From: Vicugna vicugna
Lineage: Eukaryota
DNA: 64,000 nucleotides
Reading direction: 5' to 3'
Assembly: GCA_013265495.1 (NCBI GenBank)
Contig: MU058781.1
Span: forward strand, 1,096,963-1,160,962
Shown here: one piece after another, positions 48,341 through 59,632 of the stretch
Position numbering within the stretch: position 1 is the first letter of the stretch
Layout of the letters: each line of letters opens with the position of its first letter
Notes under the pieces: generated by a model
Database searches by the model: none
Seen by the model: the letters and a program-made list of their open reading frames with translations, nothing else
Told to the model about the DNA's origin: nothing
Position numbers and translations under genes: made by a program

Positions 48341-50039
48341 TTCTAGCTCAGCTGACTTGAACAAGTGCAGATGCTGTATAATATCTCTAGGGAAAAAATT
48401 ATATGTTTGTGAGTGCAGTTATGTTGTCAAATAAATCATCAGAAACACCAACACAAATTCTTCTTCCTTCTCTTCCCCCTCCTTTTTCTTATTCTGTGTC
48501 ATAAATGATACTTACAAAACTGAAAGAATTTAAGGAATATGACACATGAAGGAAACTTACCTGTCAGGCAGGACTGCTGGAAAAAAAGGCTTGAGAATCA
48601 CTGATGAGAGAAGCCTCTATGTAAAGTGGTTTCACCCTTTTGCGGTTTTTCTTAAAACAGAGCAGCACCTGCTGCAATTCTCTGAGCACACAGGTCCTGT
48701 AATTCGCTAACTAAAAGGGCACTTCTGCGGGTGCACATTAACTCCATTAACAAAAGTGCTTAACATAGACAGCAGTTCGTGCACCGCATGGATCTGGTTC
48801 AGCAAATATTAAATAATAACCCATTTGAAAAGAAGAAGACAAATATGGGGTGTATGTGACAAAGGTTCCATTCTGTGTTAATTTTAGCAGATAAAGGTAT
48901 GTGGCCTTTACAGTGATTTCTTTCAGTCAGACTTTAATGCAAAGCCGGATTTTTTTTGACAGAGTAAAATCCTTAAAAAGCCCTCATTTGAAGCTCCGGG
49001 TTGATTTGTCATTATATTCGAAGCCATTGCCTTTGTGTTAGACTTAACAACATGTTAACCTTGTATGGGAAGAAGATCTGTTTCTGCAAGTAAGTTCTTC
49101 GTGGAACTCAGAGCAGCAGGCAGAAACATCTTGCCCACACTCAGCCTCCACCCCCACCTCCACACGCACACACACGCACATCCCCTTGAGAAAATGTTAA
49201 GTCCTTAAAACTTTTGAGGCTTTATAGTATAATTAAACAAGGATAATCCTTTGGACATGTTTGCCCCTGTCTCGAGTTTCATCGCGGACTCTGAAAGATC
49301 TTACTAACTATAGCATATGTATACTTCCATCCACACACATGTTCTTCTGTGTAACAGAATTCTGCAAATATGATACACTGTGCACTCAGAAAGAAGGAAG
49401 TCTGTAGGAAGTTTTAAAAAATCACCAGCGTACATCCTGAATAGTGTTTTTGACTTTCACTTTTATAGCAAATGGTCCTAAATAATAAGCATGATGAAAT
49501 TTATTAGCCTCTGTTCAGGGCCTCCCATTTCAGAAGAATAATAAAACAGGTTCACTGCCACCTTAATACAAGTACCTCTGAACTCACTCTAGGTGCACGG
49601 CCCCGGGCCAGGTGAGGTGAAGCATGTAAAGGTGTGTTAACCTGTGATCTGTAATTTCTGGATAGTGTTCACTTGGTTAATTTCCCTCAGACCATGCTCA
49701 CCCTGTCAGTGTCAAAGCATCACAAAGCCATTTTGCTATCAGAGGTCCTCACATATTGAACAGGGGGAAGGAGCAAGGAAGAGGCAAGCCACAGGAATGC
49801 TGGCCCCTCAGAGCAGGACAGGTAAGCACCTTGAGTCAATCTTCCCAGCCCTAATCCTCAGCCTTTCCAGACCTGGCCTTTAAGGGAACCAGTGAATTCA
49901 TCAGGCGGCACAGCTGACAGGAAAAACGTCTCCGGGTAATAATACACGTTCCTACGCTCTGTACTTCTGGCGGTTCTCAGCAGACACGTGTTGGTGTTAA
50001 CTTTTGCAGATATAAAAGGCTACGATGAAGATATTTAGA

Positions 50040-50240
50040 GTGTCTGATTTTATCTGAGAATGGCAAAATGTATAGCACACATGGTCAAGCACCCCATTTG
50101 AAGGATGAAGCAAACATCACCTGCCATAATTTCTTGGAGGATCAATCAAGCTTAAGAGTGTCAAAGCAACTTGCTCAACATCCACCGGCGAGTCAGTGGA
50201 AGCATTTGAAACAGGCATCATATCTCCCAGGCCTCGTCAT
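50040..50240 (-). mobile_element. MIR (decayed)
   Basis: CCCCATTTGAAGGATGAAGCAAAC and AAGCAACTTGCTCAACATC. Confidence 0.4.
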
Positions 50241-50424
50241 CCCACATACGCATTTTTGCAATTTTGGAAATCATCCTTTACAAAGCTGCCCCAGAGAACA
50301 CATGCAGACAGTTAGAATTATAAGAAATAAAACATTCTTGAAACAACAGTAAGAGCTCACACTAATTTATTTAACGTGCTTAAACATTTGGTGTCAGCTC
50401 ATTACAAAAGACAATAGTCTTTTT

Positions 50425-50480
50425 GGTGGTGCCTCCTGGAGATGTGCAGTGCACAACCTGAGCAACTGTCTGAAGCAGTT
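50425..50480. mobile_element. MER91-like hAT-Tip100 fragment
   Basis: GGTGCCTCCTGGAGATGTGCAGTGCACAACCTGAGCAAC. Confidence 0.65.
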
Positions 50481-52439
50481 GTTCCGTATATTGACTAATC
50501 TGAACTAATCTAACTAATCTTAACTAGCAGATCCTGTATCAGAAGCCAAATTGTAAAAATGATAGCATTTCATGCAGTAATGTCTTCACTAGATTTTATA
50601 ATTGTATTTTTGTGGTGTCTGTCACTGCTTTCTGTTGGCTGAACACTTCTCGCTGATATTTCCAAGTCCACGAGAGAAAGGGGTCTGTGTGGCAGGATAG
50701 TGACTACTGACTGGTATTTCACAAAGTACTTCTTCACCTCTAGGCATGTTGAAAGCTCTAGTGATTCAACTGGTCCATTAGAATGGATTTTAGTTCCTTT
50801 CCTGACAAGTGAAAAAATGTTTAGGATCAAGATTTGCCTAGTACTGAGAAAATGTGAACTCTATGGAAATAATTTATCTTATTTTGAGAAGTGGATTATT
50901 GGTTTAATAAATAGAAATAACTATATTTCAACTTCATTACATCCCAAAAACAAACAAAAGGAAGACTTCCCTAGCTGCTATTAATTCTAACAATGAAAGG
51001 ATTGAGCTTTAGAGCAAATGTTTGTATAGCTTATTATTACAAAGTAATTTCAATGTAAATATTTTGGCTTATGTATTCTATCAAGTGCCTGACACAGCAT
51101 TTTGCTATAATAACCATTCATAGAAAATTAGAGACTAGAATTAGATAAGAAGATTATACATTTTGGTAACAAATCAAGGTCCAATAGAAATATCTGAAAT
51201 CTCAAAGGATTATTTGTTTTTCCAATACATTGGAAAGAAATGTCCAGCTTCAAAGATTTTGAAGTTTTCTTTTTTAAAAAAGCATTTGTTCAACCATCCG
51301 AAAATTCATACGTATATTTGAAAATAGCATTTAGTTATCTTCTTTAAATGATATAGAACAAATGAACTTCTGCAAAAAAAAAAAATGCAATTAACCAAAC
51401 AGCTTCTAAAACTAAGAAGGAACATTGTCAAAGATGGAAAAAGAAATTAGCCATATCTTTATATTTACATCTCTGAGACAACTTGATTTTCCATCCTAGC
51501 TGGACAAAATTAAGGTAAAAATTAAGCCCTATGAATAATGGAAAAGGGAGGTACTGCTGTTCTGCTAATTATGTTAGAGAACAAGGGTCAACGGAAAAAG
51601 CAGTGACCTAGATCTTGGTTCCATACCTGCTTCTGCCCGTTTCTTCCATGGAAAACAGAAAGGTTTGCACGAATCTGTGGTCTCTCAAGGTGTTATTGGA
51701 GGGTGGGGGCAAGAAGGGAAGGTGGTAGTTCATTTGTTTGCAGAGGGAGAGTGGGATTATTTCAGAACCTAGCCTCCTTATATTCCAATAGTTTTCCTCT
51801 TCAAAATGGACATTCTCCACCCTCCTTGATTCATGTATCACTTTACTCATGCCAGCATCCTTCAGGTGCCAGCACCTAAAAATGTAGGCATCTCCTGGAG
51901 ATGACCTATAATATCCCTTAAGTTAAACAATTCTGTGACCCCACACTACTTCTAAGAAAATAAGTTCACCTACAAAGGAAAATATTCATGATGCAACATT
52001 AAATAAAAATAGTACCACATAAAATATAACTACTGTGAGGAAAAGAAAAAATAAAAGTTTGATACTATTTACGAGTGATTTCTTATTTATATCATTTTTT
52101 TCAGTGTAATTGTAAGCATATTAATTTATAATAAAATAATATTAATTTCAAAGTAGTAGCTCTTCTTTTTTTTATTATTATTTTGAAGTGACTGTTGGAG
52201 TCACTGAAAACCCTTTCCCTCACACCCGGAAACTCTTCTGTCTGCATAGTCACCGTCATCGGTGCGGGGCTTTGATTACCCAAAGGAAGAAACTACAAGC
52301 TTGTCTCTTTCCACCTCACCTTCATCCCCGTGGAGTGGAACCTCGTTTCATTATCAGAGGGAGTTATTCTAGAGGGGAAAGAGGGCCAACAGCAAAACAG
52401 GAAAAACCTAGAAAGGTAGGGCACCCTCTTGTTTGTGTA

Positions 52440-52562
52440 TGATGTGTACATTCATGTACTTATTTATTGCTCCAGTGTTTACTCATTGTCACAAAGCTCC
52501 TTCATCAGGACCGAGTACAGTGCCTGGAGCAAAGACAACTTAATGCTTGTGACTGACAACTG
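52440..52562 (+). mobile_element. L2 3' end fragment
   Basis: GTACAGTGCCTGGAGCAAAGAC...TAATGCTTGTGACTGAC. Confidence 0.45.
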
Positions 52563-55500
52563 TTTTTTTTTGATGCTGCCTCAGACACTAAGGATCAACA
52601 TTATGCACTACCTGAGAATAAAGCAACTGACTTTCTATATTTGACGAGCTCACAAAGAAACAGAAAATCAGGGGTATATGGCCTGAAGAATTCCAAATAT
52701 CCTTGATTCTCTTCAATCAAATGTGTATAACTTAAGCTACACTCTTTTTTAATAAGCAAACAGATCATCTTTAATTTTATGCTACAAAAATCTAACTCCC
52801 ATTCTTGAATGGAAAGCCAATCAAATTGGCAAATACTACAAATCCCAAAACTTGGAATAACCCAATCAATTCATGAGACCCAAAGTGAACCATTGGTGGT
52901 GTGTGCCTAAGTATTACACAAGCCTATATACTGACATAAATATGATCTTTTTGTGTCTTTAGTTTCTCAGGTCTTCATCTTCTGGATGGCATATTTCATT
53001 GACTGGATCCCATCTGAAATAGGAAAGATTTCTAATTGTTTGGCCTTGTCTGAATAGAATGAGAAATATAAGTGCAGGTTTCAAGACCACAGGATATATG
53101 TATATGTTTTTCTAAATATTATATTGCCCTACCTATGCTTTCTATATATCTGGATTTTAAAAATCCACCAATTTCTTAAATATAGTCTGGGGTGCCCCTC
53201 TGTATTCGCATGGTCCTTTGGGGACTCTGGCATTTCAGCACTAGCAGAAAGATGTCTCATGTGATGTTATTTCTAGTCCAAAAGACAACTGGTGTAGTTC
53301 TCTGGAAAGAAGATTACTTTGGTGCCTGATGTAACTTTTGAAGCCAACTCTTAAGGCACCCGCAAGACAGAAGAAAACCTTAAAGCTGGCCACAGGGGCA
53401 GAAATAGCAATTTGTGGAACATGGACCGTGAGATCATGAAGAGCAAAGCCGCACATGCAGCTGCCATCAGACAAACAGGTCCAGGTCTACAACAACCACC
53501 ACCACAGAACAGAAGCACAGCTGTGTTCAGAACTGGGCTCAGGACCTGGACATCTGTTTTAGCTCCTTTATTCCTCCCGAAAAAGAATATATAGATGAGT
53601 GGGAACGCAGACTCATTCAAATAGCAACCCCTTCAAGATCCTCTGAGCTTCGAATCCACATCTGATTCATGAATGATCCTTTACCATTTAGAAAAAGGTA
53701 ATAAAGGCCTCTCTTTTATTCTAGAGTCTATGGTTCACTAAATTGCAGGTAAATACCCATGGAAATGATGATTTCCCTCAGTATTACATAGAAAATTTCT
53801 GCACTTAGACATCAGCTCTTCTCTCATATTCATTTAAAAATGAAAGAGGAAAAGGCTGGGCAGATGGCAGAATAGGAAGCACCAGGAATCCACCTCCTTG
53901 ACTGGACCACAGTTGTGCTGGCAGCATCTGTCTGATGTGACTGTCTGGGAACTCCAGAGTCTATCTGAACACTTATAACATCCAGGGGAAGCCTTCCTTG
54001 TAAATTATGCTTGGCTTTGGTTAATTGAAGCTCTTTGCAGAGTAGCAGCTGCCAACCCCCACCCTCTAGTCCAGGCAGGTAGCTATGCACATGTTTCTGG
54101 GGCAGTTTACGCACAACTTACAAGAGCCAGGGTGGACAGTAAGGCCAAAAATCTGTGCTCTGATCAATAACTGTCAATACAACGTTCTCTTGCTGTTTTT
54201 TGGTTTTGTTTTGTGTTCTCTCTCTGCTTTTTTGGACTGTTTCTGTGCTGGGGATCAGTCTGAACATAAACTTAACATCTTTTCAGGTCTTTTCTGAACC
54301 TGCACCTTTCCCAGGGCATGTGCAATGACTTTTTCAATTCCCTCCTTGTTTACGTGGTTCCTTTTGGATGTTCTCTGTCTAAAAGTGGAAAGGGAGCAAA
54401 ATGAAGGGGGAAAATGTGTCAATTCTTTAAATTCCTTGGAAGTCACGTCAGCAGGAGGAGGACGGGCTTGCCAGGGTCTGTGCCTCTGCACTCAGCCCAG
54501 GGGAAGAGGAAGAAACTAATTTTCCAATTTACCACACTTTAAGATTCAAATATCCAGTTTCCAGCAACAACAACAAAAATCACAAAGCATACAAACAAAT
54601 AGGAAAATATGTCCCATTCAGAGAAAAATAAACCAACAAAAACTGTACCTGAGAAAGACTAGATAGCAAACTTACCAGACAAAGACTTTAAAATGGCTGT
54701 CTTAAAGATACACAAAGAACTAAAGGAAGATGTGAGAAAAGTCAAGAAACTGTATAAACAAAAGGGAAACATCAAAGGACATAAAAAACAAAAAGACAAA
54801 GAAAAAAAGAAATTCTGGACTGAAAGTTACAACAAAATAAGAATTTCACTGAAGGGATTTAAAATCAGATCTACACAAAACAATCTACTCAACAACAACA
54901 TAGTACACATTCTTCTCACGTGCCCGGGGGCATTCTCCAGGATAGACCATACGTTAGACCACAAAGGAGGTCTCAGTAGCTTTAAAAAAGATAGACATTA
55001 TACACATCTAGAGCACAATGTGATGAAGTCAGAAATCAGTAACAGAAGGAAAACTGGAACATTTACAAATTTGTGGAAATTAAACAACACACTTTTAAAC
55101 ACCACCAATGGATCAAAGAAGAAATTACAAGAAAACTTAGAAAATGCTCAGAGATGAATGAAAACAAAAATACCACATAACAAAACTTATGGGGTGTAGG
55201 GAAAGCAGTACTAACAGGGAAAATTACAGCTATAAACACATTTTAAAAAGAAGGAATATCTCTTATCAAAATCCAACTTTACAACTGAAAGATCTAGAAG
55301 AAGAAGAAAAAACTAAATCCAAGCAGAAGGAAGGAAATAATAGAGATCAGAGCAGAGACAAACAAACTAAGAATAGAAAAATAATAGAGAAAATCAACAA
55401 AACCAGAAGTGGGTTCTTGAAAAGATTGACAAAATTGGCAAAACTGCCCCTAAATTGGCTAAGAAAAAAAAGAGAGAAGACTCAAATCACTAAATCAGAA

Positions 55501-56142
55501 ATGAAGATGGGGACTTACTACCAATTCTATGGAAATAAAAATGATTTTAAGAAAGTACTATGAACAATTATACACTAACAAACTGGGTGACCTAAATGAA
55601 ATGGACAAATTCTTAGAAATGCAAAACCTATCAAGACTGAATCACAAAGAAAGTAAAAATCTAAATAGACTTACAGCTAGTAGGTGCATTGTATCAGTGG
55701 CCAAAAACCACCCAACAAAGAAAATCCCTGTCCCAGATAGCTTCACTGGGAAATAAACCAAACATTTAGAGAAGAACTAACATCCATCCTTCTGAAACTT
55801 TAGGGAAAAAAGAAATTGAAGAAGAGAGAGTGCTTTCTAAGCTTTTCTAAGAGACCAGCATTGCCTTGACACCAACACCAAAGACACAACATGAAAACTA
55901 CAGACCAACATCCCTTATGTATATTGATACAAATATCCTCATTAAAACACTAGAAAACTAAATTCAGCAGCATATTAAAAGAATTATACACCATGACCAA
56001 GTGGAACGTATTCCTGGAATGCAATAGTGGTTCAACATATGGAAATCAATTAATGTAATACTTCACTTTAACAATACGAAAGGGGGAAAGAAAACACATG
56101 ATCATCTCAATTGATGTAGAAAAAGCACTTGACAAGATTCAA

Positions 56143-56290
56143 GTAGGGGGGATAGCTCAGTGGTAGAATGCGTGCCTAACATGCACAAGGTCTTGGGTTT
56201 GATCCCCGGTACCTCCACCAAAAGTAGTAAGTAAATAGATAAATCTAATTGCCTCCAACCCCCCTAAAATTAAAAACAAATTTTAAAAAA
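56143..56290 (+). mobile_element. tRNA-derived SINE (vic-1-like) nested in L1 ORF2
   Basis: GGGGGGATAGCTCAGTGGTAGAATGCGTGCCTAACATGCACAAGGTCTTGGGTTTGATCCCCGGTACCTCC plus A-rich tail. Confidence 0.9.
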
Positions 56291-56332
56291 TGTATTGGAT
56301 GTAGAGCCAGAATTAAAAAAAAAAAAGGGATC

Positions 56333-56433
56333 GGGGAGGGTATAGCTCAGTGGCAGAGTGCATACACAAGGTCCTGGGTTCAATCCTCAGTACCTCCTCC
56401 AAGAATAAATAAATTTAATTACCTCCCCCACAA

Positions 56434-56476
<43 letters not shown>

Positions 56477-56479
56477 ATA
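56333..56479 (+). mobile_element. tRNA-derived SINE (vic-1-like) with a short internal deletion and (AATA)n tail
   Basis: GGGGAGGGTATAGCTCAGTGGCAGAGTGCAT-ACACAAGGTCCTGGGTTCAATCCTCAGTACCTCC; (AAAT)n at 56432-56479. Confidence 0.92.
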
Positions 56480-56948
56480 CAAAGATGCATATTTTTTCAT
56501 GATACAAACACTCAAAAAATGAGGAATAGAAGGAAACTACCTCAACATAATAAAAGTTATATATAAAAACCTCACAATAAGCATCATATTCAATGATGGA
56601 AGGCTGAAAACGTTTCCCCTTAGATGACGAAGAAGGCAAGGATGTGCTACTTCTAGTCAACAATGTACTGGAAGTTCTAGCCAGAGCAATTAGACAAGAA
56701 AATAAATAAATAGATAAATGGCATCCAAAATGGAAAAGAAGTAAAATTACCTGTTTGTAGATGATACAATCTTACATGTAGAAAACCCTAAAGATTACAC
56801 ACATTCACACAAAACAATTAATTCAGCAGAGTAGCAGGATACAAAAGCAACACAAAAATGAGTGACATTTTTATACACTAACGACAAACATCTGAAAAGA
56901 AAATTAAGGAAACAACTCCTTTACCATAGCATCAAAAATAATAAAATA

Positions 56949-57022
56949 CAGTTGACCCTCAAAAAACACAGGTTTGAACTGTGTGAGACAACTTATAAAA
57001 TAGGTTTTTCAATAAACACTAC
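56949..57022. mobile_element. Tigger2-type terminal fragment
   Basis: TA|CAGTTGACCCTCAAAAAACACAGGTTTGAACTGTGTG...ACTTATA...TTTTTCAATAAA matches the Tigger2 TIR end with its TA target site. Confidence 0.8.
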
Positions 57023-57204
57023 ATTCTATCAGGTGACAATCGCCTGCCCCAGGGACTTTGGAGATTGGAAAGCACTCTACACAAATAAATTTCTGTTGGT
57101 GATGGTAGTGATGATGGTGGCAGAGTTATTACTATCATCATTATTATTAATGTTAATTATATTAATTATTAATCATATGAATATTATCATCAGTCTAGGG
57201 TGCA

Positions 57205-57475
57205 TGAGACTGCAGTGGTGAAACAGAAAAGCCTAAGGGGCAAGACAGATCTGTATTCGAACACTGGTCTGTGCACTTATGAAATGTGTGACTAGAAAAT
57301 TGCCCTTTTCTGTTTGTGCTTCAATTTCTTCACATAAGAAACAGGAAACATAATACCTCACTTACAGAACTACAGTAAGAATTGGAAATAATTTGGCTGA
57401 AGTATTTAGCGCAGTGCCCGAACATTGGCACATAGTAGGTACTCAATAAATTGTTAACTATTACTATTTTATTAG
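57205..57475 (+). mobile_element. MIR
   Basis: GTGCTTCAATTTCTTCAC...TAATACCTCACTTACAG...CAGTGCC...GGCACATAGTAGGTACTCAATAAATTGTTAACTATT. Confidence 0.8.
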
Positions 57476-58889
57476 TAGTAGTGTAAGGAACATATTGTAA
57501 ATAGGGAATAAAATATTCTGTGTTAGTACAGTGTATGGTATCTAGTAAGCACTCATTAAATCTCAGCTCATCATTGCCCTCATATCACCATAACCATCCT
57601 AAGATGTCTCTCTTTCTTTCTTTCTCCTTCTGTCTTTCCACATTTTTTGCTTCCAGTATAGGTGCAATCACAACCAGTGACCCTAGACAAGATGCCTTAA
57701 AAGCAGGTTTTTAAAATCTTATTTCCAGAACAACTTGTTTTCCATTTTTGGCAGAATGTCTTTTGTCTAGAATAAATATACTGCAATTATTAGTGATACA
57801 CTAATAAGTTCAGATTTTAATTTTCAACGCATTATGGCTTCACTCTCTTCAAATATTTGGGGAAACATGAAAAGGAAAGTTTAAAATTCGCTTGTGTTTT
57901 TAAATAAAAAAGTATGAGTTTTCTGCAGTTTGTCTTAAATAATCAATATTTGTCAACATGTCTGTTCTCTCCAGAGGGTAGTAATTAGAATTAAGTAGTA
58001 AATTACCATTAATGTACATAAATGTAAGTGTCATATGTATCTTGTAAAATAAACATCTGGTGAAATTCTTGAGTGAAACTATACATTATAATGGAAAGCA
58101 TTTTTCAATGCTTCCTAAAAGCCTAAATAACTTTTATTTCCTTCTTAAAACTGGGGACTTTCTAAATAACATCATTCCTAGTTTATAATCTTCATATTTT
58201 TCCATGGCTCCACATTCTCCCATCTTCCCTTCCATCCATATGTCTGAAACAGAGTCATTTAAAACAGCAAGCTTTTGTTAATTACCAGAGACAAGTGTTA
58301 ATGGATTTTAATTTTGCTTTATTAGAATTTATGCAGATTTCACTGTGTTGAGATTCCGAATAAAATCCTTACAGTCACTTTTTTTTTTAACTGTTGACTT
58401 TACTTTGTAGAAGAGGATGGATGAAGAGAATTTTAATTAGTATTTGGTGACAGGAACTATTGATAGCAATATTCTTATAGCAAGAAATAGGTATCATAAA
58501 ATTATCTTGAAAACTGTGTGAGTTTCCTGATTTGTTCATTAGCACTGATGTCTCTCCTCTGAAGATTCAAATATTCAGCTATACTCTGGGTAAGCTTGCT
58601 TATTGTTTATTGTCTTAATGACTCTGTTTATTTGTTTTTATCTTGATCAAAATGTGTTCATTGTTACACACCCAATAGTATTCTTTTCCTCCCATCCAAT
58701 GGGTCCCATGATGTGGTTTTATTAGAAAGTCGCTCTGGTGACAATAAGTTCTCTGCTAAGTGAAGAAGAATGTGAGAATTTTAGGTTACATTCCTGGCTC
58801 CAAAATTATTATTTCCATATTATCCAGGAGATATAAACAAATGTTGAGCTTTCTAATATTCAAAATTATTCAAAAATACTTTCTATTTG

Positions 58890-59090
58890 CATAGTTTTTT
58901 CCATAGCACTTTCACAGAAATTCTGAGTTATGAATTATCATAATAACATAAAAACAGTGTAAGGACTATTATCTCCATTCCACATTAAGAAACGCAGCAC
59001 CAGCCAGTGCCCAAGCTCCTGCAGCTGCACCTGGCAGGCTCTGAACTAGAACAGTCTGGGTGAGGCTGAAAGTCTTCGACACCACAGGTG
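58890..59090 (-). mobile_element. MIR
   Basis: TAGCACTTTCACA...ACTATTATCTCCATTCCACATTAAGAAAC...GCCCAAG. Confidence 0.55.
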
Positions 59091-59159
59091 CCTTGATCAA
59101 TGAAGTTCGGAACCGAGGTAAATAGAGCCTTGCATGAAGTAGCTTCTCAAGTACCTGTA

Positions 59160-59632
59160 CGTGGTGGCTTAAAAACTATGTCCATCCATAAATTATCAAA
59201 AGGTGGCGTTTACTTCCCCTCTCCTGGAAAGTGGGCTGGGGTTTCTAACAAAGAGAATGCAGCAGACATGAAAATTTACAGCAGAAATCTCACTTCTGAG
59301 GTTAGGTTGTAAAAAGCCTGTAACTTCTGTCCTGGGGGCTCTCTCTTTGATGAGTCACTGCCTTGTCTTGAGGAGACCTGGGCATCCTTGTGGAGAGGCT
59401 TTTGTGGTGAGAAACTGAGGACCCCAGCCAAGAGGCACGTGACTGCGTCTTCTCAGGTCCAGCCCCGTCAGCCGGCACCCTGCCTACGACCTCATGAGAG
59501 ACCATGAACCAGAAGTGCCCAACCAAGCCACTCCTGAATTCCTGACCCTCTAAAATTGTGGGACAGCCAGTCCTTGTTGTTTCAAGTCACTTCATTCGGG
59601 CATAAGTTGTTGTGCAGCAATAGATGCAAATA
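59160..59632 (+). mobile_element. MaLR LTR (MLT1F-like) solo LTR
   Basis: CTTCTGAGGTTAGGTTGTAAAAAG...GTGGTGAGAAACTGAGG...CCTCATGAGAGACCATGAACCAGAA...AAGCCACTCCTGAATTCCTGACCC...GTTGTGCAGCAATAGAT. Confidence 0.85.

Larger units (their letters stand above)
53840..56946 (+). mobile_element. Old L1 (L1M-type): 5' UTR, partial ORF1, and ORF2 endonuclease end through RT; internally deleted and non-functional
   Basis: 5' end AGATGGCAGAATAGGAAGCACCAGG. ORF fragments FSRIDHTLDHK, NLWKLNNTLLN, YYEQLYTNKLGDLNEMDKFLE, PVPDSFTG, YRPTSL, and LFVDDTILHVENP (~56751-56790, RT FADD site). Many stops and frameshifts. Confidence 0.93.

Noticed and set aside
55189..57221. Active L1 ORF2 or a domesticated reverse transcriptase
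   Set aside because: Fragmented by many stops and frameshifts, interrupted by two SINEs, and cut off at a Tigger fragment.
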